Made by a program: the position numbers and the translations under genes. From assembly GCA_964016885.1 (NCBI GenBank), contig CAXHJY010000358.1, positions 1-27,739 of the forward strand: a stretch of DNA of 27,739 nt, in the 5' to 3' direction. The notes beneath the pieces are model-generated. The model was given only the letters and a program-made list of their open reading frames with translations, searched no databases and was not told where the DNA came from. Of this stretch, positions 1 through 9,147 are shown piece after piece. The stretch is from Eledone cirrhosa (lineage: Eukaryota). How positions within the stretch are numbered: position 1 is the stretch's first letter; every line of letters begins with the position of its first letter.

Positions 1-745
1 ATATATAAATGAAGAATTAGAAATAGAAGCCAGGACTATCCATCATCAGTGGTCTACTAGCCATCATGGCTATTTCTTCGCATTACAGGCCATATACCTC
101 AGGCTAGGACGATACAATAACTAAAATAAGTTATTGGGATAAAAAGAGTTGGGTGGAGAAAGAGAGACAGGTAAACAAACATGAATGGTGAGGCAACGTA
201 AAGAGAGGAAAACATGAGAAAATCAAGTCAGTGATTCATTTGAACATAAGAACTTGCGAATATTGACGAGAAGGCAAAGACACATGTTGGCCGTGCGGAT
301 GTGAGCGTGGAAAGAATTTCGTACGATGTGGGACGATGGAGGAAGTGAGAGAGAGGGTGAGTAACAGAGAGTGAGTGAGTGAAAGTGTGAGGAAGAGGCT
401 AGCCGAGAGAGGGTAACTAGCAGAGGGGGTGAGTGTAAGTAAGGGGGAGAAGGAGAGAGAAAGGGGGAGAGAGAAAGAGGATAGCAGTAAGGGAAGAGAA
501 AAAGACAGGTCACAGCGAAGGGGAAAGCATATAGGAATGAAAAATGGCGAGCTGTGTTGTTGCATTTAGGATATATCTAAAAATGAAGAATTTGAAATAG
601 AAGCCAGGACTATGCGTCATCAGTGGTTTACTAGCCATCATATATATTTCGTTTCATTACCGACCATATACCCCAGGCTAGGGCGATGCAATAACTAAAA
701 TAAGTTATTGGGATGGTCTGTAATGCGAAGAAATACATATGATGG

Positions 746-794
746 CTAGTAGACCACTGATGACCAATATTCAGAAACAGGACTGGTTGACTAG
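746..794 (+). ncRNA. Degenerate type-I hammerhead ribozyme
   Basis: ctagt-a-gacca CTGATGA ccaatattca GAAA cagg AC tggtt-g-actag. Stem I is 5 bp + A.G + 5 bp. Stem II is unpaired and U16.1 is A, so it is probably inactive. Confidence 0.55.
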
Positions 795-864
795 ATTTCA
801 ATAAAAATCAATAATAGAATCCCCGGGGACATCCTTACAACGGAGAAAGACGTTTTAGTGAAAC

Positions 865-910
865 GGCTTCCTGTTGATTTCTCCCGAATTAAATATTTCT
901 AGTCCTTTCT
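865..910 (+). ncRNA. Decayed hammerhead relic, homologous to 24919-24968
   Basis: ggcttc CTGTTGA tttctcccgaat TAAA tatttctagt aligns with CTGATGA tttctctcgaat GAAA cagttctagt at 24924. Core positions A6 and G12 are mutated. Confidence 0.5.
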
Positions 911-914
911 ATAT

Positions 915-960
<46 letters not shown>

Positions 961-961
<1 letters not shown>

Positions 962-1180
962 GAACGATCGACTTTGTTGTCAAATCGGACCGAGGGAACA
1001 ATGTTTCCGTTGGTCTTTCCAATTGCTAATTCTATCTATCGGTCGCAACTCCAGGTAGAAGGAGCAACGTGAAATAAAGTGTCTTGCTCAAGGACATAAC
1101 GCATCGCCTGGTCCAGGAATCGAACTCACAACCTTACGATTGCGAATACAATTCTCTAACCACTCAGCCACACGCCTTCA
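961..1180 (-). mobile_element. tRNA-derived SINE (copy 1)
   Basis: Minus strand has A box TGGCTGAGTGG (1170-1160), B box GTTCGATTCC (1125-1116) and a CORE-like tgtccttgagcaagacacttt. Near-identical copy at 2667-2876. Confidence 0.85.
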
Positions 1181-1199
1181 CTATATATATATATATATA

Positions 1200-1738
1200 C
1201 TAGTTAAAGTACACGTCCTTTGGACGGTTCAAGTAGCTTTCGATGTAGCTCATTAAAGTAAACAAAGTAAATTTGAATACATAGAAGAAAAACGTATTTT
1301 ATGTAAACATGAAAACCTTAGGCACTATTCCAGCGAAATAATTAATATGTGAGCTCGGTGCCATCTGTTATACCATGTAACAACAGAAATCCAGTCTAGG
1401 TATAAACTTTTTTGACAACAGTAAAACCTTTTCTTTCAAGTACAAAGAGTAAATTAAAATCCGAATGAGCCGAATTGTAATAATCAAAATCCCAAAACAA
1501 AATTTTTGACATCAAAAATGAGTTACTATTGTATTGACGAAAGATAACTCTTGTCTTACTTAATCACGAAAATTGACACAACTAACCGAAACTGTTTTAA
1601 TGTCTCCAAAGGCCCCAATATCGATTTTTGAAAACCTTTGTAGATCATGTACAGGTTTAGTGAAAGGAGAAGCTCTGTAAAAAATTTCAAAGAAATCGCA
1701 TGAATGGTTTAGAATATATGAGCCTTCACTAAAATTTT

Positions 1739-1787
<49 letters not shown>

Positions 1788-1813
1788 ACTTCAGCTTTAT
1801 ATATATATACAGA
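1200..1813 (-). mobile_element. Non-autonomous Helitron
   Basis: Minus strand starts TCtgtatatatatataaagctgaag with a (GT)n tract, and ends with hairpin cgtcc-aaa-ggacg followed 10 nt later by CTAG (1203-1200). Inserted between A and T. Confidence 0.75.
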
Positions 1814-2651
1814 TATATAAAACTGAGGACGTGTGTGTGTATGTCCGTACCCACGCAACTTCTACAGTTTGCAACCGATTTTCTTCAAATTTGGAACAAA
1901 CATGCGTCGTGTTTCCAGAAGTGTTGTGGACTCATAAACTTTTCAGGTTTTGTCTAATGCGGCCCCTAGGTGGACGAAGGCAGTTTCTGGATCACCGTGA
2001 CAATCACATCCCATGTGCGAAACTTAAATAATTGTTGGTTAACATTTTACTCATCTTAGTGTGTTACGTCCTCTTTCCTTAGAGAATGCCTCTAAGGAAG
2101 AGATCCGCCATTGGTCTAAAAACGGCGAAAGCTGAGAGAGGGAAAAGAAGAAAAGCAAAGGAATCGTCAGTGGAGGCAGCAATTAGAGGATCGCAAGATG
2201 CTGAACGTAAAGCTACTGCAAGAGCGTTAGAAAACTACGAGTAGCGTTGTATTTAAGACATAGGTTACTTCTGTATTTCGGATGGTCATTGGCACTTTCA
2301 TTTTTCCAGATATTGATTTTAGGGCCCCCCGGGGGCAGATAACCCTCTTTAACTGCTTCCTTGGAGTCAACTGAAGCACTGCAGTGCATTTCAACAAAAC
2401 GTCATAACTTCTGGAGTTCGCAACCGATTTTCACCAAATTTGACACATCGGCTACGTATGTTCTACAGATGAATTTGAACACTCAGAATCGTCACATATT
2501 GAGTAGGGGACCCCTGGGGGCAGGAACACCCTTTTTGAAAAAGCTGATGATTTTGTACAAGTATAGTTTTCGAAGCAGCACTGAAGTATTGACATGAATG
2601 CTAAACATGACTGGTATGTAATACCCGAGCAACACCGGGCACCTCTGCTAG
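1814..2651 (+). mobile_element. Internally deleted Helitron
   Basis: 5' tatataaaactgaggacgtgtgtg, shared with the 5' end of the 13949-14627 element. 3' imperfect hairpin cccgagcaacaccggg then CTAG (2648-2651) + T. Contains a RepHel N-terminus-like peptide. Confidence 0.75.
2086..2244 (+). pseudogene. Helitron RepHel N-terminal relic (basic/STPR-like)
   Basis: Translates as MPLRKRSAIGLKTAKAERGKRRKAKESSVEAAIRGSQDAERKATARALENYE*, resembling the MPxKRSxIGxxT...R..ES.E...R N-terminus of animal Helitron proteins. Lies inside Helitron termini. Confidence 0.6.
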
Positions 2652-2666
2652 TTCTATATATATATA

Positions 2667-2872
2667 GGATCGATCGACTTTCGTCAAATCGGACCGAGGA
2701 AACAATGTTTCCGTTGGTCTTTCCAGTTGCTAGTACTATCTATCGGTCGCAACTCCAGGTAGAAGGAGCAACGTGAAATAAAGTGTCTTGCTCAAGGACA
2801 TAACGCATCGCCCGGTCCAGGAATCGAACTCACAACCTCAACATTGTGAATCCAATTCTCTAACCACTCAGC

Positions 2873-2876
<4 letters not shown>
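2667..2876 (-). mobile_element. tRNA-derived SINE (copy 2)
   Basis: Direct repeat of 961-1172, with the same B box (ggaatcgaac on +) and the same 3' segment. Confidence 0.85.
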
Positions 2877-2930
<54 letters not shown>

Positions 2931-2934
<4 letters not shown>

Positions 2935-3602
2935 GGTAATAATAAATATTACCCAGTTACAAGTATGAAAATAATTTGTGGTAAAATACCCAGTATACTA
3001 GAGAGTTGAAGTACATTGTAAATGACAATAAAGGAATGTTTAAAACATTTAATCACAAGCGATTCGTTCTACCCTTACATTAGCTCCTTTGGACGTTTTA
3101 AAAAATAATTGTTATTATGACTGAATTATGTAGTCGAACTTATAGTCTTGCACCTCCCTGATATCCCTGGCTATGCTACCTGTATATCTAAACCCTTTTA
3201 AATATATATAAAACATATCTTTTGGAGATGTATTTTAAAATATTTAATATTTGAATTGCATGCCTTCTCTTTTTAACTTTATTAATTTTATTAACTGCTT
3301 ATGATACACGTTTCTCACTTTACTTAATTTATCTGTAACAGCATGTTTTATAATTTTAAACATTTTTTATTGCTTTTATCTGCTCCTAAATTCATTGTAT
3401 TTATCTTATGTAAATGTTGATATTTATGCTTATCTAGCCTCCCATATTATGTATCATCTTAATGTTCTTGTGACAAAGTTTTGATATTATATTTGTGTTT
3501 GAGCTTTGTTATCTATTCTGATGAATCCAGCCTTGTGTTAGGATGAAACGATCATAAGTGATTACATTTTTTAAACACTCTTTGATTGTCATTTACATTG
3601 TG
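2931..3602. mobile_element. PLE-type terminal remnant with inverted ends
   Basis: 3011-3068 is a diverged reverse complement of 3547-3602. Hammerhead-like core at 3518-3553. Flanked by TA/TG microsatellite. Confidence 0.55.
3511..3560 (+). ncRNA. Degenerate hammerhead-like motif
   Basis: CTGATGA (3518-3524) ATCC-agccttgtgtta-GGAT GAAA cgaTC. Perfect 4-bp stem II, but stems I and III are poorly paired. Confidence 0.45.
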
Positions 3603-3604
3603 TA

Positions 3605-3637
<33 letters not shown>

Positions 3638-3779
3638 TGTGTATATATATATATATATAATGTTTGTTGTATGTGTGTAGTGTGTGTGTGTATGCGTGTT
3701 TGTGTGTATATGTATGTATGTCTAAGTGTATACATGTGTTAATATATAGGATTACATGATAATAATAGTTACTGTATCT

Positions 3780-3915
3780 CGCTGACTCTCCCTGAGAATT
3801 AGATCAAGGGTACACGTATCATTTGAATGCTCAGCCACTTCTTGCAAGTTAATTTCATTAGCAGACCATTCAGTTTATTGAAACAACTGGCACACTCATC
3901 GCCGAAGCCGATGGA
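3780..3915 (+). mobile_element. Probable 3' portion of a SINE
   Basis: ctccctgagaa...aagggtacacgt...tgctcagccactt...gttaatttca...caactgg resembles the 3' half of a common octopus SINE (recalled, not searched). Confidence 0.45.
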
Positions 3916-4092
3916 GGACCCTGGAATAGTTATTGCTAGGAAAGTATGGCCAGGCCTCCCTTTAAACCCCACCGCCATTTATAATAATCCCTGCCACTTC
4001 CTGCTTAACAAGTTCACTAATCCGGTCACTCGAGCTCTTCTATACCGGAAACAAAACATTTCCACTTTTGGTAGCCGCTTCTTTGTTTAGCA

Positions 4093-4094
4093 CC

Positions 4095-4125
<31 letters not shown>

Positions 4126-4213
4126 AACACACACACACACACACACAGACACACACACAGACACACACACACAGACACACACACAGACACACACACAGAC
4201 ACACAGACACACA

Positions 4214-4266
<53 letters not shown>

Positions 4267-4343
4267 ACATACACACACAGACACACACACACACACACAC
4301 ACACAGACACACACACACACAGACAGACACACAGACACACACA

Positions 4344-4386
<43 letters not shown>

Positions 4387-4388
4387 AA
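4093..4388. repeat. (CA)n/(CAGA) compound microsatellite
   Basis: Directly visible. Confidence 0.95.
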
Positions 4389-4476
4389 CAGAGAGATCTA
4401 TAAATGTCGGATTTGTGTGGGTGTATATATATATATATACATATGCACACATATCTATATGTTTATATCCCCCCCC

Positions 4477-4519
<43 letters not shown>

Positions 4520-4769
4520 CATACATACATACATATGCACACATATCTATATGTTTATACCCCCCTCCCATATATATATATATAAATAATAGATACACAA
4601 ACATCTAATTAATACTATGTTTAAATAAAGCATGAATGACCCGCTGTTATTTGTCTACGACCATATAAGGACATGCAAGGATTCAAGCAGCGATTCCAAA
4701 TTTTCAGGCGGCGACATCATTCCTTACATGTATGCCTAACACTCAAGGACAAAGCAACCTCCTCTCCCT

Positions 4770-4850
4770 GGCTGTTATTTTATTTATCGACAGCGGAGGA
4801 ATGAAAAGCAAAACTGACCTCGACGAGGTTTAAACCCGAGAGAAGTGAGC
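4770..4850 (-). mobile_element. Degenerate Nin-domain SINE fragment
   Basis: tttatcgacagcggaggaatgaaaagcaaaactgacctcgacg aligns with the SINE copy at 8693-8737. Confidence 0.6.
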
Positions 4851-4937
4851 TGGAAAATATAAATCTATTTATTTTGATGTGCCAACAACTGTCATTTTGC
4901 AGTTTTCAGGTTTAGAAAAGATCTCAAAATATGCTTA

Positions 4938-6175
4938 ATTAACCCTTCCATTACCATATTTCTAATGAAAGACACTGTCTATGTCATTAACCCTTTCATT
5001 ACGATATTTCTAATGAAAGACACTGTCTATGTCATTAACCCTTTCATTACCATATTTCTAATGAAAGACACTGTCTATGTCATTAACCCTTCCATTACCA
5101 TATTTCTAATGAAAGACACTGTCTATGTCATTAACCCTTTCATTACGATATTTCTAATGAAAGACACTGTCTATGTCATTAACCCTTTCATTACCATATT
5201 TCTAATGAAAGACACTGTCTATGTCATTAACCTTTTCATTACCATATTTCTAATGAAAGACACTGTCTATGTCATTAACCCTTTCATTACCATATTTCTA
5301 ATGATAAGACACTACCTATGTCATTAACCCTTTCATTACCATATTTCTAATGAAAGACACTGTCTATGTCATTAACCCTTCCATTACCATATTTCTAATG
5401 AAAGACACTGTCTATCTCATTAACCCTTTCATTACCATATTTCTAATGAAAGACACTGTCTATGTATTTAACCCTTTCATTACCATATTTCTAATGAAAG
5501 ACACTGTCTATGTCATTAACCTTTCCATTACCATATTTCTAATGAAAGACACTGTCTATGTCATTAACCTTTTCATTTACCATATATCTAATGAAAGACA
5601 CTGTCTATGTCATTAACCCTTTCATTACCATATTTCTAATGAAAGACACTGTCTATGTCATTAACCCTTCCATTACCATATTTCTAATGATAAGACACTA
5701 CCTATGTCATTAACCCTTTCATTACCATATTTCTAATGAAAGACACTGTCTATGTCATTTACCCTTTCATTACCATATTTCTAATGAAAGACATTGTCTA
5801 TGTCATTAACCCTTCCATTACCATATATCTAATGAAAGACACTACCTATGTCATTAACCCTTTCATTACCATATTTCTAATGAGAGACACTGTCTATGTC
5901 ATTAACCCTTTCATTACCATATTTCTAATGAAAGACACTGTCTATGTCCTTAACCCTTTCATTACCATATTTCTAATGAAAGACACTGTCTATGTCATTA
6001 ACCCTTTCATTTTCATATTTCTAATGAAAGACACTGTCTATGTCATTAACCCTTTCATTACCATATTTCTAATGAAAGACACTGTCTATGTCATTAACCC
6101 TTTCATTACCATATTTCTAATGAAAGACACTGTCTATGTCATTAACCCTTTCATTACCATTTTTTCTAATGAAAG
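4938..6175. repeat. 48-bp minisatellite, ~26 copies
   Basis: Unit attaaccctttcattaccatatttctaatgaaagacactgtctatgtc. Each unit has a 9-bp inverted repeat, ctttcatta/taatgaaag. Confidence 0.97.
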
Positions 6176-6377
6176 TCGATGGTTTTCAAAAAATCAAGAA
6201 TTTCGAGGGATTTAGTAACATAAGTTACTGATTATTAAGTCGGAGGCTGAAACATAAAGGTTCTTACATAGAATTATGGTGGGTATTTCGTTAGATATAA
6301 ACACATTGAAATATAGAAAAAGGTGTGTACATAGAACCGGAGGCAGTTTCGGGTGGTTTTGGTAAGAAAGGGGCTAA
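6142..6377. mobile_element. piggyBac-like MITE (TTAA-CCC termini)
   Basis: Left end ttaa-ccctttcattacca. Right end tggtaagaaaggggctaa, whose reverse complement is ttagcccctttcttacca. No ORF. Confidence 0.65.
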
Positions 6378-6420
6378 AAGTAGAAATGTAAGAAAGTCCA
6401 GAGAAAAAGTGAAAGTCGTG

Positions 6421-6501
6421 TCAGTTGTTATAGAAACATTGGATTCTACGACAAATGGAATGGTTAAACACGAGAAGACGTAGATTTCCAGAACTGTCAC
6501 C
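6421..6501 (-). other. Possible short terminal exon (GDSSGNLRLLVFNHSICRRIQCFYNN*)
   Basis: Acceptor-like ttggttgtttcag| at 6502, then 26 open codons and TGA, in non-repetitive sequence. No homology recognised. Confidence 0.15.
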
Positions 6502-6556
6502 CTGAAACAACCAATATTACTAGAAACGTATTTGTTATATAAGTACTTTCACTTAA

Positions 6557-6777
6557 GAGCGGTGGGTTGGCAGTGACCGGTAGAGCGTTACACAACATGG
6601 TTTGTGGCATAGTGTTGCGGTCCTTTACGTTATGAGTACAAATCTCGCCGAGGTTAACTTTGCCTTTGATCCTTACAGAGTCGATAAACTAAAGTACCAG
6701 TAATACACTGGAATCGATTTAATCGACTTTCGCCTTCCCCCTAAATTATTGGCCTTGGCCTAAATCAGACACCATTA
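6557..6777 (+). mobile_element. tRNA-derived SINE with Nin-like domain
   Basis: gcggtgggttggcag head, then gccgaggttaactttgcctttgatccttacagagtcgataaactaaagtaccag, and a ggccttggcctaaa 3' end. Homologous to 8631-8824 and 8864-9058. Confidence 0.85.
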
Positions 6778-6959
6778 AAGTAGTTTTGTTAAACCTTAAA
6801 CAGTTAATTTGCAGACCCCCCCCCCCCCCACCCCACCCCCAAACCCACCCCTAAAACAACAACAAAAACACCCCCAATAAGTTGGATATTTGTTAAGATG
6901 AGAAATCTCCATTTTGACTGTTGCATTCGTTGGGAAAGATCACAGGTGTTCATGAAATC

Positions 6960-7500
6960 TGTAACAATTTTGATTAATGGGGGTAAGGTTGCTGACCTTC
7001 AAACAACTGATATACAACTCCTAATGAAGAGTAATGCAGAGTTAATACGAACAGCTACGAAGCATGAATAAAGAAAAAGGAGAAAGAAATGTTTTTTTCT
7101 CTTAAGGGAAGTGAACGAGTGCAAAAGAGAAGCTAAGTCGACAGATAATTATGAAGAAGAAAAGAAACAACAGATTTAAGCTGAAGCCTAAATTGAAAAC
7201 AGATCAGAAGAATGCTGAAACTATGAGACCCCCCCCCCCCCCCCCGAGAAACAGAAGGGGGAGAAGTAGAAAGAGAATCTTCACAAATTTGGTTAAGTAG
7301 ACTTAAAGCCGAGATTGAAGGATTCTTAATAGAAGATGAAAGTCTTTCGACGAGAAACCACCAAAAGTACATATTGAGGACAAAACTACAGAATATGTGG
7401 GGGTGCCCAGTGTAACTACAGGGTCGCGCTGCCTGCTCTTCAGGCAATAAACAATACATCCAGAGAAATGGGCTGTGGTGTATACACACTGCAAGTTAGT
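6960..7500 (+). pseudogene. Decayed R4/Dong-like (RLE-type) non-LTR retrotransposon fragment
   Basis: 7263-7386 translates EVERESSQIWLSRLKAEIEGFLIEDESLSTRNHQKYILRTK, matching the S..WL...LK.E.EG.....DQ.L.TRN..K.I motif that lies between RT and the zinc knuckle. Downstream KQYIQRN resembles Y..RHN. Confidence 0.6.
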
Positions 7501-7534
7501 CCAAAACCATCGACAGAAAGATGGTGGTACCGAT

Positions 7535-7846
7535 ATAGAATGTACCCCCGGCATTCGCGGTCGCGGTTATTCGCAGAATCTTTTTCAGAACCTAACTAAT
7601 CGTTCGTGGAAACCACCGAATACTCGCGGAATCGTAAATATCTTCCGCGAGGTTTTTATGGCTGTTTTTCATGGAAATATATATATTTTAATGCTAAATT
7701 ATTAATAACAATATACCGTATTTGCCGGCCTATTATATTTTACGTTATATTTTGACATTTTTATAGAACGCGTCCAATATTCGCGGCTTTTAACTGTTGG
7801 CTGGTGCTCAAGGAAGGTAACCCTCGGAAATACAGGGAGACAACTG
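7535..7846. mobile_element. Degenerate Tigger/pogo-like MITE
   Basis: Repeated ttcgcgg/ctcgcgg motifs. Left cccccggcattcgcgg, right ccctcggaaatacagggagacaactg (reverse complement cagttgtctccctgtatttccgaggg). Confidence 0.45.
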
Positions 7847-7946
7847 TGTAGGTGTCAGAGAGTGACAGCAACTCTGCTCTGTGATAGGTCAATATAGAGA
7901 GACGGGAAGATCAAAACTAATCGAGGAGATACTATAGTCAAAGATT

Positions 7947-8383
7947 ACAGCCTTCTTATTGTTCTGCCTATAGATAATATATCTACGAGCCTTCTTATTG
8001 TGTATCACTGCCTATATATCATATATATACCAGCCTTCTTATTGTGACTGCCTATCGATAACAATATACCTACCAGCCTCCTTATTGTGTATCACTGCCT
8101 ATAGATAACAATATACCTACCAGCCTTCTTATTGTGACTGCCTATAGATAACAATATACTTACCAGCCTTCTTATTGTGACTACCTATAGATAACAATAT
8201 ACTTACCAGCCTTCTTATTGTGACTGCCTATAGATAACAATATACCTACCAGCCTCCTTATTGTGTATCACTGCCTATAGATAACAATATACCTACCAGC
8301 CTTCTTATTGTGTATCACTGCCTATAGATAACAATATACCTACCAGCCTTCTTATTGTGACTGCCTATAGATAACAATATACC
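7947..8383. repeat. 43/48-bp minisatellite, ~10 copies
   Basis: Unit ccagccttcttattgtg(tatc)actgcctatagataacaatataccta with two interleaved length variants. Confidence 0.95.
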
Positions 8384-8630
8384 AAAGAAGTAGAAAATAA
8401 GAAAGAGAGAGAGCGAAAGAACTAGAATATGGTTGATGTAAATTGAAACATTACCTATAATAATAGGTCGGATTGATGACAGAAGACTGAGACAGAAAAC
8501 CCAGACCCCACCACTTACAGATATACACAGCGTATATTACGAAAAGTTCTCTCAATACAACACTGCACATATCCAAGGCACATATAGCGGCGCTCAGTAA
8601 TACAGTGACGATATAGAATATCAATAAAAC

Positions 8631-8824
8631 TAATAATTGTTTCTACCTTTGGCACAAGGCCAGCAATAACCCAGTGCATTACTGGTACTTTATTTTATCG
8701 ACCCCGTAAGGATAAAAGGCAAAGTTAACCTCGGCGGGATTTCAACTCAGAATGGCAAGGGCCGTAACTATATGCGTCAAAGCATGGGGCCCGACCTTCC
8801 ACCGATACTGCCAATTCACCGCCC
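8631..8824 (-). mobile_element. Nin-domain SINE (left arm of inverted pair)
   Basis: Reverse-complement homolog of 6557-6777 and 8864-9058. Confidence 0.85.
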
Positions 8825-8863
8825 TTTATATATATAATTTAATAGTATTATGATAATGAACAT

Positions 8864-9058
8864 GGGCGGTGGGTTGGCAGTATCGCTAGAGGGTCGGACG
8901 CCATGCTTTGCAACATAGATATACGGCCCTTTATGGTCAGAGTTCAAATCCCAGCGAGGTTAACTTTACCTTTCATCCTTACGGAGTTGATAAAATAAAG
9001 TACCAGTAATACACTGGGATAATTGCTGGCCTTGTGCCAAAAGTAGAAACAATTATTA
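8864..9058 (+). mobile_element. Nin-domain SINE (right arm of inverted pair)
   Basis: gggcggtgggttggcagtatcg head, B-box-like gagttcaaatccc, Nin-like domain and an (att)n tail. Confidence 0.85.
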
Positions 9059-9147
9059 TAATGAAGATTTCCGCAAATGGCGACGGGTGAAAGATTACAT
9101 GGCGATATTAGATGGTTAAATAGGTTATGGCACAAGATTCTAGGTAA

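Larger units (their letters stand above)
8..920. mobile_element. Penelope-like/retrozyme-like remnant with direct and inverted terminal repeats
   Basis: ~133-bp direct repeat (8-140 vs 581-714) around a GA-rich body. 616-666 is inverted relative to 713-763. Two hammerhead-like motifs (746-794, 865-910), an AATAAA at 800-805, and a (TA)n end. Confidence 0.55.

Noticed and set aside
223-565. Ser/Leu/Pro-rich minus-strand ORFs
   Set aside because: Translations of a GA-rich low-complexity tract.
1110-1175. tRNA gene (A and B boxes on the minus strand)
   Set aside because: It continues into a SINE body and is duplicated at 2815-2876. No convincing cloverleaf.
4938-6175. CRISPR-like array of hairpin repeats, or a 16-aa repeat protein (MKDTVYVINPFITIFL)
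   Set aside because: No unique spacers, no cas genes and a eukaryotic context. The frame is broken by indels. Explained as a MITE-end minisatellite.
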